A stretch of DNA of 61,875 nucleotides, filler included, from Choristocarpus tenellus KU-1152 (GCA_964200185.2; 15 parts of 15 records of this genome joined end to end with filler, not necessarily neighbours in it), one strand, 5' to 3'; positions 1 through 13,607 are shown, counted from the first letter of the whole stretch. Program-made: numbers and translations. Notes: generated from the sequence alone by a model not told the origin.

Positions 1-112
1 TAGAGCCAAGACCTTGAAACTTGGTCTCACCCACTGAGGTGAAGGAGTTTCATTCCGGTGATTGTGATTGCCCCCTTGAGTAGAGAATTTGGCACCTTTA
101 CACTTTCACACA
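1..112 (+). mobile_element. 3' part of an LTR-like repeat, second copy of the 5503-5990 element
   Basis: 1-112 aligns closely with 5877-5992 (GAGCCAA.ACCTTGA...GAGGTGAAGGAGTTTCATTCCG.TGATTGTGATTGCCCCCTTGAG...GGCACCTTT.ACACTT.CACA). Confidence 0.75.
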
Positions 113-689
113 TGCACACATTAAGAACAACTAACTCAATTGTAAAATTGACACTGGCTATATTGATGAAAAAATTGTCATAGTTTCTCTTTTATATATT
201 ATTATAGTATGTGACATTTTGTAGATGTGTCAAATGAAAAACCAATGAAAACCTTTTATTATCCAAAATGTATCGCATAAATAAATGATATGGGGGAAGG
301 ACGGGGAGAAATCTTGTGAAAGTACAGTCCCCTATGTATGGCTGTTGTTCAAATAAAGCGAAAATGTGGTGGTCGTAGTTATCTTGCTGAACGTCACTTC
401 ACGTTTCTCCACTAGATCCAGCCTTCGGAATTTGGTGGACGTTGCCATGTCGATCTTCTTTATTGCACCCAAGGGAAAAGAAGTATATGGGTCACCAGTG
501 TGAAATGGGGTACATTTGTCTTAATAACATTCTCACACGCTAGCTCGACCACTGTCTCGTACACAACACAATGGAATTGCATCATTGTGTCATATCAGTA
601 CTTCTCCTCCTCCTTGGTCAATTTGTTCCCAATGGAAATAAACACAGTGGTGGAAAGGTATCAATACTTCTCAAGTTTGTTGCACCATG

Positions 690-1780
690 AATAATAGCCA
701 CGCACGATTAATTATACCACTCCTCCTCTTGGTGAGTGGCCCTGGTGCTCCAACCCTCAATTCCAACAATCCCAAGTTTACCAAGGTCGTCTTGGAGGCA
801 TGTCCATGACCAGTTCTTATCCTGTCTAACTTGCTTCGATTTTCCAGCCGTAAGGTTCCTAAATATCATTCCTATTGTGGGAGCCCCTCATCCCCCATCC
901 AAGTAACCAATTGAACCAGAAAATAATAGCCTCCACTACTGGCACAACACTGCGTTCATACTCTCACACCCAGCCTTCATAAGAGCACATTTGAGGTATA
1001 TAGACATGACCGATGTATTCCCGTTTGCGGAAATCTATGCAGAGGAGGAGAAATTTGTGGTGATTGGAGCGGAGTTTCAGATAATAAGCCTAGCGGAGTG
1101 TCCACGCTGTACAACCATATAACAAAACTTCAAGTATTTCAGCTTTGAGCATTTGAAATGTTAAGCTCGAGAGGGACACGTAGGGTTCTGTCATATGGCA
1201 CTTTACTAATTTGCGGAAATAACTCCAAGATTTCTTAATCTTCCGACTGATCTCAGGAGTAATCGCAGCATGGTCACTGAGGGTACCCCCAAGGTAAACA
1301 GTTCCCTCAAGGTAAACACGATGTGTAGGTCTGGTCGGGTACTGGATCCACCACATATGGTTTCAGCATCTTGATTAGGAGGGCGAAGGCACATAGTTAC
1401 CATAATTAATGCTGATACAGTCAGATTAAATTATTTAGTCATCTTCATGAGCACTCTCATCATCCTGGCCAACCTCCTTGTGTCTTGGACGCAACGCCAA
1501 TCCATTACGCTTATCATGCGGAGTACCATAATCGAAACAAGATTTAATGAAAATTCTATATCATCGAGGGGATTTGAACCTGCTGCATTATCGGAGTTTG
1601 CTGCAAAAATATCCACCATTACTTATGATGATGAACTCTCGGTGAGATATGAACGGTCAACAATATACTGTTATGTTCCTCGAATTATGTGATGAACAAG
1701 TGATCCAGGCATCTGAATCCAGTTAGCTGTTTTCTAGGTGGTATTATTCAACGCATCCACGATCCTGGTAAAGACGAGCT
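690..1780 (-). mobile_element. Degenerate RTE-like non-LTR retrotransposon (LINE), reverse transcriptase C-terminal half
   Basis: Frameshifted pieces on the minus strand: LARMMRVL..FNLTVS..TMCLRPP, VYLGGTLSDHAAITPEISRKIKKSWSYF, MLKAEILEVLLYGCTAWTL and KLRSNHHKFLL. These match the YLG and LLYGCxxW motifs of RTE-clade ORF2. Many stops. Confidence 0.8.
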
Positions 1781-2049
1781 TTTATTCCGCCAGGCTGTGT
1801 GGAGGTGAAGGTGCAAGAAGGCTCTACCTACCATGAGGAATGGGAACGCCTCGACTCCTCTCAATCGGTCCTTTTCTCGTGAGTGACGACTCTTACCAAG
1901 AAATATTATGTTGACTTGTAAATGGTTCAATTATACGCCACATATCTCTAAAACACGGCTGCTGTGCAACATCTACTCAACTGGACAATGCCCCCTTTTT
2001 CGCTCATTCAGGTGGTGTTGAATCCTCCCCGTCCTACCAGAGCTTGAGC

Positions 2050-3080
2050 TACAGATCATCAGGAGATACAGCAGAATATGCTAGTGACCTCTCTCAATCA
2101 GACAGGGACAATAAATATACCAACCGTTCCATATCTGGGAGCATTTCCTCCTCCCTCAGGAACATATGGAGGTTGGTTCCCAGCTGTCCGCCAGCCCTGA
2201 GTAATTGGCTGATTTGGTCATGTCTTGTGTGTGTGAGTGTTTGTTGGGATGTTTTTGCATTGTAGGTATACTCTATACAGAAGACTTTGCCCAAATCAAG
2301 TTGCTCCTTATCTATCATGTATGGTTAAATATTCTTTGCTTAGGCTATACGAGCTCTTTCTGGTGTCTATGCACAACAAGCGTATGCTCTCGGTTGCAAT
2401 CATGCAGCATCTAATGTGTTGGTTGTATAGCGTAAGAGGATGGAAATAGGTAGTGCGTTCCGCATGCACAACGCTCCGCTCGCCACACTGCGATCCAGTG
2501 TGGGGTGGTTTTGATTGTCCAAATCTTACTACGACTAAAGAAAAGTGCCCTCGATGGTAAGCCTCACCTGTCAAAAGGCGTATGATCTAAGAACTACCAC
2601 CAACAGTGTCATCCCCAGTGCAATAGGCAGTGTTACCTCATCATCATCCTAGTCATGGCAAAATGTTTCCATCCTACCGCATTATAAGCTTGGACAATAG
2701 TTGGACAGGTAGGAGACAGTCGTTATACGGATTGGTGCTCTTCAGCAACTTTCCTGTCTTCAGTCTTTCCCCGCTCGGTCTCCCTGGTTCTGATCACTCA
2801 CAGTTCAACGCGGCTATGGAGCTCATCTGGGAGGTTTCCCACTGCGCGCCTGATGGATAGAGATGCAGCATTTTTTCAATCCCTAGGTAAGGAGTGTGGA
2901 ATGCATCGCTCCGTTTTAACATGGACGCTGAGGTCATGTTGTATCCAATGTACAGCTCCTTTAACAAGTGCTTCAAGTATCACCGAGTGGCATCCACATT
3001 TTGTGTGTCTCTGATTCGCTAGCTTTAGATGGTTGCTTGTGCGACCTTCTTTACCCTTACCTCTCCTCCAGTTGCGCACA
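2050..3080 (-). mobile_element. Possible upstream (endonuclease/early RT) part of the same decayed LINE
   Basis: Weak motif echoes (LKLAN, PTIVQAY, LLCIDTRKSSYSL) in the expected order upstream of the RT remnant; heavily decayed. Confidence 0.3.
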
Positions 3081-4093
3081 CTTTTTCAACCCCACGCCTC
3101 TCCATGCTTCTCCCCTCGCCGGACCCGTCCACCCCTCCATATTTCCTCCCTGCACCGTGTGTAGATCTGTTAGACTCTTCACGTACTAATTCTCTAGCTC
3201 GAGCTTTGCACCCTTAGCTATCAGATGGTTTCTTTTCACAGATTGCATCCCTCCTGAAAGCAAGTAACTGTGATACAATTCATTATCTGTACATGTGTAT
3301 CCTTTTTTTGTTTTAGGCCGATGGAACATCCACCGGATCAAGACTACTCCAGGCATCAAGGATCTGATCGATAGGGATTTCTTCCATACTATACTTAATC
3401 AAGACACTCACAAGATCGTCTTCGGCCTCGTTTTTGTGGTGAGTGCGCCTCTTTTATCAGCTGTGCACGCATTGCTAACACAAGTTCTGTCTGTGCATGT
3501 GCCACCCTCCTCACCCAAGTTCAATCCTCGTTGAGTCTTTCCTCGGTGAGGTACAGCCTCCCTCCCCTCCCTCCCCTCCCCTCCCCTCCCCTCTCTCTCT
3601 TGACACTCCTTTCCCCTTCTTGCAATATGCCTCCTGGCAGTACCTATGTCTTGTTGGATGCTTCGCCATTGTGTACTTGGTCATTTCTAAGACTAGGGGC
3701 TGTGAACTAAAACTTTCAAGTGTCCGAGAATCTTACCTCTTCTCGCTGGAGACTATGGTGAGTGACAGGGAGGAGGGCTAGAAGAAGTGGTGGGCAGGTG
3801 AGGGAGAGATCAACTGCTGAGTTGAAGTAGAGTTCATCACCCCTGGTTCCAGGCAGAAAAATTGTTCCTCTCCTGAAAGGGTGGGAAGATTAGACTTGAT
3901 TTTGTGCTTATCAATGCAGTGCCGCCCTTTCCCTGACCGTCCTTGCCACTCTCCTCTTAGCCGTAATGTTTTACACGAGCAAGCTAAGTGGAAGGCGCAC
4001 GTGGCTCCTGTTCCCCCCCCCCCCTCCTCCCTTTTTTTTTTTTTTTTTTTTTTCCCTTTTTTCTCTTTTCTGTGTCTTTGTCCTTTTTCGGCT

Positions 4094-4193
4094 NNNNNNN
4101 NNNNNNNNNNNNNNNNNNNNNNNNNNNNNNNNNNNNNTTAATTAATTAANNNNNNNNNNNNNNNNNNNNNNNNNNNNNNNNNNNNNNNNNNNN
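4094..4193. other. Artificial contig-joining linker N44-TTAATTAATTAA-N44 (first of 14)
   Basis: Identical 100-nt spacer at 4094-4193, 6764-6863, 9706-9805, 12729-12828, 19052-19151, 25020-25119, 30715-30814, 34715-34814, 38354-38453, 41040-41139, 44361-44460, 47786-47885, 52164-52263 and 55569-55668. The palindromic 12-mer puts TAA in all six frames. Confidence 0.98.
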
Positions 4194-5502
4194 GGGGGGG
4201 GGACAAGTATTCCCCAATAAAGAAAGCGTCACAACTTTCACCCACTCCAATAGTGTAATTTTATTTTATCGATCAAAATGCCGTGTAGCTTTCTCGTTGC
4301 CCGTTGATCCAATCAATAGGTCCGGTTGTACAGAAAAAATAAATAAATTCTATCCCCCTTGGCATGTACTCACTTGGATCGCTCTCCAACACTAAGCTAG
4401 GTAGGGAGACAGTCAAAGTTGGTCCAAAACATGGTGAAGGCGTTTTTGGTGTTACATTATTAATATATATATATATATATATATATATTCAAGTATGTTG
4501 TAGTGCTGCAGATTGACGAGGGAGTATGGGTATCTCACCCTCACACTGCACACCTAGCAATTTGTTGCGGCTACAGTAACGTATGAATGTGACACCCAGA
4601 AGGAGACGGTACAGTAGTAGTGCATGGGATATATGACATCGAGGTGTCTACAGCGTGAACCTCTGTGGACAAACATGGTAGGTGGCCTGGCAAGCAGTCA
4701 CCCCCCGTATGCACACTGGACAGGCACAGGGTGAGCTCGAGGACTGTGCCTGCAATTAGTGATAAAAATAATGATAGGAATGATAGTAAAACAGTAAGCG
4801 ATGCCTTGGTGCATGTGGTGACACTACCACATGATGCCCCCTATGCCACTGGTGTTCAGTAACGCCTCAAACACAACACACGAGTTGTGGGTGTTGAGGG
4901 GAATACGATATACACATGTTGTTCTAGAACACTTCCACCTCCACGCCAGGAAGAACCTTCTTTAGGGACGTGACGGTCAGTGTTTGAGAGAGAGGGTTAT
5001 GGATTAGTGCACCGAGCAAGGGACTGGCCAAACACGAGAATTTTCCAGCTTTGGGTGCAGCCCACAAATAAAACTCCCACTATCTTTAAATAACATCGGT
5101 CGCGGAAAATCCTCCGCCCCTTCACGAGGTCACATTGTATTCCAACAAGATCTTCTGATACAACAGGCAGCAACATCACATTGCTCCCAAGCATAGGGAA
5201 GAGCTACAGAGCGGTTAATAGTCAAGGGCCTCAACAGGGGGGGGAATTAGGTACTGAATTGACCTGGGGGACAGGCCAGCTCTCGAGTTGTTTCTTAGGA
5301 AGAGGACTTTCAATACATTAAATAGTATTTATGTACCAACTACACTGAACGTGTGTGATCAGGCATACTGCATTGTTTATATATATATATATATATGTAT
5401 ATATACTACTTACTACTGGTATATATATACATATATACATTTTTTTTCTTGTGTTAATGGCAACTTCCAAAACAAAATAAAAATATAAAAATATAACATA
5501 CA

Positions 5503-5990
5503 TGTCAGGGACAGGTTCCTTTTCTGGGATCTCCGACACACACGTTACGTATTAGACGTGCGGTCAGATAGTAGTCAGATAGTAGTCAGATAGTGGTCAG
5601 ATAGTGGTCAGATACAATTGCATGCGCCAACCGCATCATTTGAGCTCATCCACACCAACCAGTCCAATGAAACAATCATGCCCATAAGATCGAAATTTGA
5701 CCAATAAACAGCCAAAATGGACCATTGATTTGACCATCATAACAAAGGACCATTCCGATTCTGAAAAATCCATTTCTTTGCTGTGACGTTGCTCAGTCAT
5801 TCGGGAACATCTGTCACGTTGTGTTCTGAAGGTGTTGTTCTGTTCTGGATTTACTGATCTGTTATGAGATAGATGTTGAGCCAATACCTTGAGACTCGGT
5901 CTCACCCTCTCTCTGAGGTGAAGGAGTTTCATTCCGATGATTGTGATTGCCCCCTTGAGCAGAGAACTTGGCACCTTTGACACTTCCACA
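5503..5990 (+). mobile_element. Solo-LTR-like repeat (about 490 bp)
   Basis: Starts TGTCAGGGACAGGT, with its first ~37 nt shared with the LTRs at 45314 and 20897, and ends ...CTTCCACA. The 3' part is repeated at 1-112. Flanks TACA/CACA give an imperfect 4-bp TSD. Confidence 0.6.
5563..5614 (+). repeat. 11-bp tandem repeat (GTCAGATAGTR) x~4.7 inside the LTR-like repeat
   Basis: Directly visible in the sequence. Confidence 0.9.
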
Positions 5991-6708
5991 CACATATATA
6001 TATATATATATATATTATTATTCTTTTTCTTCTTTGTTTGAACCTCGTACGGTTACTGGGAAAAGAAAAATACCTCTCTTTTGCCATTGAATCAATTGAC
6101 ACATACATTTCACTGTTTTAGAAACAAAAGCCTTGGCAATCCGTCTCAGAGATGCTGAGACCCCGCGTGTGTGGCTCCTCCTCCAGGTACAATCTGAACA
6201 CAACATTGGAGGGGGGCACGGCCCAAGCTTTTGCACCCTGATAGAAGCAAGCAAGCACCTAAGGCTCAAGATGCATCCAACCTGCATACCAAATACAACC
6301 AAACCAGTTCATATTTCAAATCCAATCCAATATTGCTCACACCGACGACCTCGTGGAGGCAGAAACAATCGCCATCTAGCAGCGCGCGCGCGCGCGTGTA
6401 AACGAGCTGAACCCTGCCCAACAAAAAACACACACACACACACACACACTCAAACATACATACAAAACTGTATCTTCTACCAAACGTTTTGATGTCTATC
6501 ACAGAAATATATTTTAAGGAGTAACACACTGAACACTATCCTGCACAAGGTGGTTAGTTTGTTAGTTAGTTTGAATGTCGGAGTTCACGCGTTCCACCAT
6601 GTAGACTCACTTCAGCGACTGCATGGCACCTCAAAGAAGATTCAAACAGCGGGCTATAAAGAGACAACGGCACAACAAACAAACCAACTTAGATCCCGTC
6701 ACATCACT

Positions 6709-6763
6709 GGGTCAAAGTATCTGGGGGGGGGGGGGGGGTCCACAGGGGGGGGGTCATTTAGAA
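6709..6763 (+). mobile_element. Truncated MITE end (family B TIR GGGTCAAAGTATCTGGG)
   Basis: Identical to the TIR of 17962-18146; the contig ends shortly after the poly-G. Confidence 0.7.
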
Positions 6764-6958
6764 NNNNNNNNNNNNNNNNNNNNNNNNNNNNNNNNNNNNN
6801 NNNNNNNTTAATTAATTAANNNNNNNNNNNNNNNNNNNNNNNNNNNNNNNNNNNNNNNNNNNNAACCTCCTCCACAACAGACTCCACCTCCACGTGGGGA
6901 CACACCCCCCCCCCCCGCCCACCCCCCCTGCGCCTCAAGATCTACAAAATTTTCTCAC

Positions 6959-7257
6959 TTGACAATACTGGCTCTGTGGTGATGACCTTCGGTGTGCACA
7001 CCTGGCTGCCGTTTGGCAACATAGCCCGCACCTCCAGCCGAATGGAATGTCCGACATCAGCATCCGTCGGAGTATACCTGCCCTCTGTGGATATGGGTAA
7101 CCACTCCTCTTCCTCATCCACCACTAAAGTTAACAAAAAAAAAAAAGGATAAAAAAAAAAATTAATCACCGTTTCATCGACCAATCAATTTATCCACACC
7201 GACCCGACCAACAGACAAACCAACAATGGGATGGGCAGACACGCACACGCACACGGG

Positions 7258-7288
<31 letters not shown>

Positions 7289-9628
7289 ACAAATAAGATG
7301 AGGGGGAAGGCCAAGGTAACACGGTGTGAACATGGAGGTATGGCTGAAAGAGGAGGTGAGGGGAGAGGGTACAGCGAGAGCAGAAGCCATCAACACACTG
7401 ATAGAGAGGGAGTGGGATATGAACTGAAAGTGATACTTTGCACACTGACAACCTTCATCACAACACAAACGACTTTCATGAACACACAACACAAACGCCT
7501 TCCTTCCTCTCCAGGACCTAACCAACTACCCAATACAATACACTTCACACTTGGCGAAAACGAAGACCACCCTACTACAGGCATCAGGCCCCTCAATTGC
7601 ACCATGAAACATGACCTCTGACCTCATGCAACCCACGAGTCCAAGCTTGTTCTGAACAAATTCATTTCTTCATCAGAAGACCTGGTAGCTCCAGAGTCAA
7701 CCACAGAGCCTAAACCAAGTATCACTAACCCTCCTCAAAATACTATTGTTAATACTATATTTCCATCAAATGTTTCAATCTTCACTTGCACTAGGAACCA
7801 CAACCATAACCCTAAACCAAACCAAGTGCATAAGCATCATCATCCCTTCAACAAAAAGTCAACAACAATGCATCATTGACCACTATCCATGCTAACAACT
7901 TTGTCCACGCCCAGAGAGATTCTTACCTTCAGTTCCTAAAACAGTTCCAATTCCCATCCTCAACACCACTCTAGAGCTTTCACAGATGCTCCAGAGCAAA
8001 AAATCACCAAACCCTAAGGGTTTATACAACTCACCGAGTGCATCCACAGGCACATCTTCCGCCTCCTCTCCCTTGTTTTCATCCTGAGCCAACTCCTCCA
8101 CACTATCTCCCACAAACTGATGCCAGGGCCATGCACAACAACATAAAGATAGAGGGGGGGGTGAGGGTTACAAACAACAGGATAGTTGTACCCTATCCTA
8201 TCCCATGATCCATTCCTCCACACACTAACATCAAACATGTACAGAAAAACATCCTGCCAGCTACACCAGCAGTGGGCCCATTCCGCAATACCCACAGATG
8301 CTTCCTTCCTAAACACCCCCCTTAGGTACAAACAGCAAGGGCTATGGAGACATACAACGGGGCCACAAAATAAAAAAGGTGATCTATACACAGTAACAGG
8401 AAAAAATGTTAGGGCTACCACTGCCGGATAAGCATAACGCCTGCTGGATACACAACAATACAAACCCATCCCTCTCTTCTTCTCCAGAGCTGCCGTACTC
8501 TATATACTAAATGCTACTAACACCCTCACTGAACCACCAAAGAGACTGCTTTGCGCCATCCCCTGCTAGACTCTCAAGAATAAAAAAAAATCATACACAA
8601 ACACCTTCTTGGGGCTGAGTGAGAAATTGTGAGACACCTTGCGTATACTCGACTCCCCTTCAGCTATAGCATGAACCTTCTGGTGATCCTTCCAGGCCTC
8701 CTTGAAGCACCTGTGCCATACCGTTATAATGAAGTAGTGGGGAAGGGAGATGGGGGCCAGGGCGGGTGGTTCAAGGGTACCCAATACAGTCAGAAGCGTC
8801 TGGTTTGCCCACTTACTACTTCGCCGTAGATCCTGTTGTAAATTGTGTTGATCCTCTAATCTGTACCATTCCCTAACCCTAGTGCCGTCTTGGATATCAT
8901 TTATTATTGATATTGCTTCAAAGGTTTCAATAGGGATAGGACAGATATCATTGAATTTTACTTAGTCTTGACATTCCACTTCCAAAACACACACACATAT
9001 TTAAATATGTATGTATATATATATGTGTGTACGTTGCTGAAAAGAGAGTTGCAAAAAGAGGTGTTGCCAATACGCCTTCTGTATGTTAGACCTCCAATGC
9101 CACGATCTACAAGGTCATACTCAGTCAAAGAGACTAAATTTCCCTGAGTGCTTGAACCAACTACCAGGAACTTTACAACCAGAGAGTAAAAGAAAAGATA
9201 TCTGGAATCAAACTCCCACAAATAAATAAAAAATGGAGAACTTCTCCTTTCCTTTCAGCACAAACGAAAGAGAATCTCTCTCTCTCTATATATATAGCAC
9301 AAAACCCCCCAAAATAATAAAAAAATGCAACACAAACTAATAAAACGTAATGTAAGGTAACTACAACATGTACCACCATAATCATAGCTACTGCAGTAGG
9401 GTAGACAAGCACAGCCTGGGAGGTAAGTGGGCGGTTGAGGGGGCCAGGGGAAGGGGAAAAGGGGTGTGGAGCTTGGTCTCACGTCACATTACAAAACACC
9501 GATTGATGCCTTGGCACCCTAAGCTTATGGCACACAACACACTGTATTCTTGTCCCCTGTAGAGCCCACTTTGACCACTCCAAAGGACTGAAGCTGTTGG
9601 CTCGGGGACAACGGGCATTAGAGCAAAC
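6959..9628 (-). CDS. CCR4: Plant-type CCR4 deadenylase (CCR4-NOT subunit), N-terminal region, partial
   Basis: Four phase-consistent GT-AG exons: 9628-9483, 8710-8638, 8116-8035 and 7123-6959. The peptide VCSNARC...IQCVVCHKLRVPRHQSVFCNVTCFKEAWKDHQKVH matches the C6H2 zinc ribbon, and WLPISTEGRYTPTDADVGHSIRLEV...VITTEPVL matches the YTPTADDIGH segment of plant CCR4a/b. Truncated at both contig ends; the EEP nuclease domain is not in the window. Confidence 0.8.
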
Positions 9629-9805
9629 CTGGGGGGGGTGGGGGGTGGGGGGTGGGGGTGAGGAGTATGTAAGACAATAAAATAAAAAAACACACACTAC
9701 TGCAGNNNNNNNNNNNNNNNNNNNNNNNNNNNNNNNNNNNNNNNNNNNNTTAATTAATTAANNNNNNNNNNNNNNNNNNNNNNNNNNNNNNNNNNNNNNN
9801 NNNNN

Positions 9806-9827
9806 CCCCCCCAGATACTTTTAGCCC
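9806..9827. mobile_element. Truncated MITE end (CCCCAGATACTTT-type TIR)
   Basis: Reverse complement of the family B/C TIR core at the contig start. Confidence 0.55.
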
Positions 9828-10249
9828 GATGACACGTACACTTAATAAAAAAAGGTTGCCTAAGTTAACGGAGGCAAGAAGTCGCATTTAGGTATGGGTG
9901 TCGATACAAACTAGGAAGTTGTGCTTGCCTATCAGATCGAATAGAATACTGTATGGAAGGACTCTCTGTTTTGAACTGCGCTAGAGTTGTGCTTGAATTG
10001 GTGGTATTGAAATGTCTTACAGGGCCCGCTCATCGCTAGGAACCTGATGGTGACCACCCCCCACCCTGATTTGTCCTGTGGGTGGATAACAATTTAGTGT
10101 GTCTACATGTTGTCACGGGTGCTCTGCTTGGTGTTGAGTGTAGCAGCAGTGGGAAGTATCACTCTGAATAAATTTGGTCATTTTCTGTTTGGAAGAGGTC
10201 ATGTGGTACCTTTTTTGTTGTTGTTAGGTGTGCAGTGGGGGTGCCATTT

Positions 10250-11660
10250 GAAGGCAGGCTTGGGCCAAGTCAAAAATACACACCTGCATAAACTGACATG
10301 CCTTTGTTGTGAAGTTACTTTAAGGCATATGCCACCATTTCCGGTCTGACATGCCTTCAAGTTTTTTTTTTAATATCTGCCTGCAAAAACTCAACAAACA
10401 GTATAATCTATGCCATTACGTGTCTGTTTTACGACTTTGTCTCATTCACTCCATTGTGGCAACATGTCCCCCTGCAATGCCATTTACATGGAGTTAAAAG
10501 ATTTGGTTCAGATATCAGGTACAGCATGAGCCATATTATCTTAGAGGGTAGAGCCGCGGTCCATTTGGGGGCCAAAATCCAATGTTGCGATTTTGATGTA
10601 ATTTTGGCTATCATGTTTGTTAGGAAGTGTCAATGTCCTTGTTCCAGATACACCTTTTCATAATGTATACAGTTTACCTACTCCGAAATATTTTGGAGTA
10701 GGAAAATGTCACAAAAAACCCCGAGGGGAGTCAAGCCCCAAATGGACAAACAGGGCAAAACTCGTACCCTCTAAGGTACTTTCACTCGCATATCACAACA
10801 TCTATTAGTTTAGGTACCAGAATCCATCTGCCCAGATCTTGAAGTAAAAGCACTGGAGAACTCCACTTCGCCTTATTCAGCAGTGCGTAGTCACACTCTA
10901 GTCCACTCTCTTTAACCTCCACCTCTAAGACCAACATGGTATGGTACTACTGTATAAACGGAGATGGAGGAATACTCATCCCTCCACCGCCATCTCCCTC
11001 ACTACCCTGTGTCTCTGTCCAGTCTTCTGATAATACAACCCCGTCCTCACCAGTCTTACTTGTATTGCTCGAAACACAAGCTACCTCCAGTAGCTCATCC
11101 TCTTACGTCCTGTGCCAAGGCTTTAATATTTACATGAAGTGGTGGTTTCTTTTCAATAGGTTCTGTTTTGACCTTAAGACCGAATGGCATGATAATACCT
11201 TGAGTCATCACCAGACCAGCGCTCGTGGCCTCCTCCACAAAGTCCATGACCACGGTATCCACCTCATACCAGCAACAAGGACCTGTAACTGGTCAGTCAT
11301 TTGGTTGTTAAAATAATAATGTAGATAAAAACATAGGGCATAGCTGCAGTTGGACAGTAGTTGCATGGCACAAATACTGTAATAGTGCAGACAGCATTAC
11401 TACAACACAGAAACAGTAGGCGTAAGAGCTTCCCCTTGTATGTCATGGTTTCCTTACTGCCTCCTCATGCCCTTTCCACTAGCAAGAAGTCGCTCTTGTT
11501 CTTGCTGACACTAGTTCATACAATGATCCTCACGTCAGCACCATATTGCCCCATTCTACTCACTTGGTTTATCTTGCGTCCACCTAGCAACTCCAGCACT
11601 TTGTCTTTCTTTGACAAAGGCGTTTTTTTTTCCAGTTTGTCGGCACCCCGTTTGTCCTTG
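10250..11660 (-). mobile_element. Possible highly decayed pogo/Tigger-like transposase remnant, interrupted by MITE A
   Basis: Fragments resembling CENP-B-type HTH regions (LSKKDKVLELLGG, YEVDTVVMDFVEEATSAGLVMTQGII) followed by YLNQIFN in the expected order; many stops and frameshifts. Confidence 0.3.
10528..10787 (+). mobile_element. MITE family A (~260 bp, Sola2-like termini)
   Basis: TIRs GAGCCATATTATCTTAGAGGGTA / TACCCTCTAAGGTACTTTCACTC; 4-bp TSD GCAT; eight copies or ends in the window. Confidence 0.9.
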
Positions 11661-12535
11661 TGCTTCTCCTTGCTCTTTTCCATGCCAGACAAGGCACTTC
11701 CCCCAGCTATGTTGGTGGCAATTTATCCCAATGACGACCTTATCCTGGACAGCTGTGCCCTGCCAGCAACGAGATGGTTGTTTCCAGATGGAGGAGAAGA
11801 AGTCCTTGACACTGCAACAGGCTTGTTATCACTGGTGCCCTGGTCACTCTTCCCTTCTTGGGAGTGTGACAAGCAAAGCACGGCCTCTTCATCTCATCCT
11901 CTCCAAATCCAGATCCGCAGTACTCCAAGCCTCTCATGAACTGACCAAGTAGCTTTGAGGGGATGTCTGTGCACAAGAGGAATGTATGGAGAGATCATAC
12001 TATAATGGAGCCCATGCCCCATCCCATCTCCCTCATACACAGAGGATACGTTTTTCTGTTTGTGTATTTCTTCAAATGATGCTTGATATTTATTTTACGA
12101 AATTCTATTTCGTATCATAGATGTGCCACAGTACAAGACACATTATGGAGTGCCTATCTACCGGCGTTTTGAAATGCTAGGAATTAATTTACCAAAGATG
12201 TCCTAAAGAGGCTGAAATCTAAGGGAGGATTCAATCAGGCACTTCTTGTGTGTCTGCTCATTGGGTACTCTGCTCAAAGTTCCTCACAGAGCTTCGTTTT
12301 GCATGGCGCTGTGCATTCTCACTTCAATTCTATTCTAGTGTGTATTAATTTTTGCAGCAGAGTTCATTGGTGCTCACCAAATCTTTTGATTCGCATCTAC
12401 CAATATTTTATCTTCACTTCCACGTTCGATCTTGAAAATAGTTTCATTATATCTAGAGGCGTTCGCTTCAGAATCTCTTGCCATAGGCTCGACCCTATCT
12501 CACCTGATTGTGTCACTGTTCTTCCCATCAATCAG

Positions 12536-12728
12536 GATGCAGGATTGATTTTCCTCTGCAGAATCACGACAGATGTGGCGGTGATAATGCTCAATAACGG
12601 TTTTGCACCTGAGGAGACGGTGGCAACGGCCTTGGCAGCCACAGCGTTAGGCACTGCAGGGCTAGGGCTCTGCCTGGTGGCTGTGGGGAAGATGCACCTT
12701 GGTCGGTTTGTCACATACCTCCCCATGC
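12536..12728 (+). CDS. SulP/SLC26-family anion transporter, single exon, partial
   Basis: CAG acceptor at 12533-12535, then DAGLIFL...ETVATALAATALGTAGLGLCLVAVGKMHLGRFVTYLPM. The GKxxLGRFVxYLP(xPV) motif is typical of SulP transmembrane cores. Cut by the contig end. Confidence 0.75.
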
Positions 12729-13607
12729 NNNNNNNNNNNNNNNNNNNNNNNNNNNNNNNNNNNNNNNNNNNNTTAATTAATTAANNNNNNNNNNNNNNNN
12801 NNNNNNNNNNNNNNNNNNNNNNNNNNNNGGGAGAAAGCCAGCACCCCCCCAAAAAAAGGAAAGTACAAGTGCGCATCAATAGAGGAAACAACTGCACGTC
12901 ACAGTCAGCCAATAGGATGTGTGAATTTGCACTATGAGACCTCCCTTACCCCTTAAATACTTGCACCATTCTCCGGGGGGATGCATAGTGGCGGATACCC
13001 CCATCACCTGGGAAGCACTGCATAGGCAGTGATGGGGCCTGTCATTGTTGTGCAATGGCCTTTACTATATAAGACTAGCGAACTGAAACAAGCTGTGGGG
13101 CATGGGGCAGGGAAAGGTGAGGCAGAGTGAGGATGGCAGGGGAGGGGTCTCCCCCTCCAGAGCTTTCAGAGGAGATCGATAAATGGAACCAACGTGCACT
13201 CGAGGGTTGACCAAGGCGCCAAATCATTTTCGTTCCAACATACTACTCCAGAAGAATCCAAATTTTGATGAGCTGCGAGTGGGAGCTTAACAATTTATCA
13301 CATTTACTGCAACAAAACAAAACAATCACGGCGACCAAGGTTGACGTACATTTTTGGATTCAGCAATGTACACTTCAAACGTCCCTGCTTCCTTCGCCTT
13401 TGAACTCCCAAACAATCAGCCATTTCAGTGTCAGCCCCAGCACACCACAAAGCCCTAACCCCCTACCTACACCCCGATTACAAATCTCGAGGACCTAATC
13501 CTTGCCTCGAACTCCGCCTCCCAAGTGTTATGATGCATCACTTAACCGCCTCAACGCTTTGCGATTCCCGCTCGTCCGTTTCCATGACCTTGGGATGGCG
13601 GTGGTAG

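Noticed and set aside
195-252. Short motif shared with ~45010-45067 (ATATATTATTA..TGACATTTTG.AGATGTGTCA..AAAACCAATGAAAAC)
   Set aside because: The similarity is real but too short to define element boundaries or class.
4997-6660. Possible minus-strand exons near 6650-6608, 6238-6130 and 5203-5125
   Set aside because: Splice-like signals exist, but I could not build a phase-consistent, recognisable protein.
11361-11939. 192-aa plus-strand ORF as a gene
   Set aside because: No recognisable motif; more likely the antisense shadow of decayed minus-strand transposon sequence.
12999-13078. Helitron 3' end (hairpins followed by CTAG)
   Set aside because: Only a 9-bp inverted repeat (CCCCATCAC/GTGATGGGG) in a single copy; spacing to CTAG is atypical.
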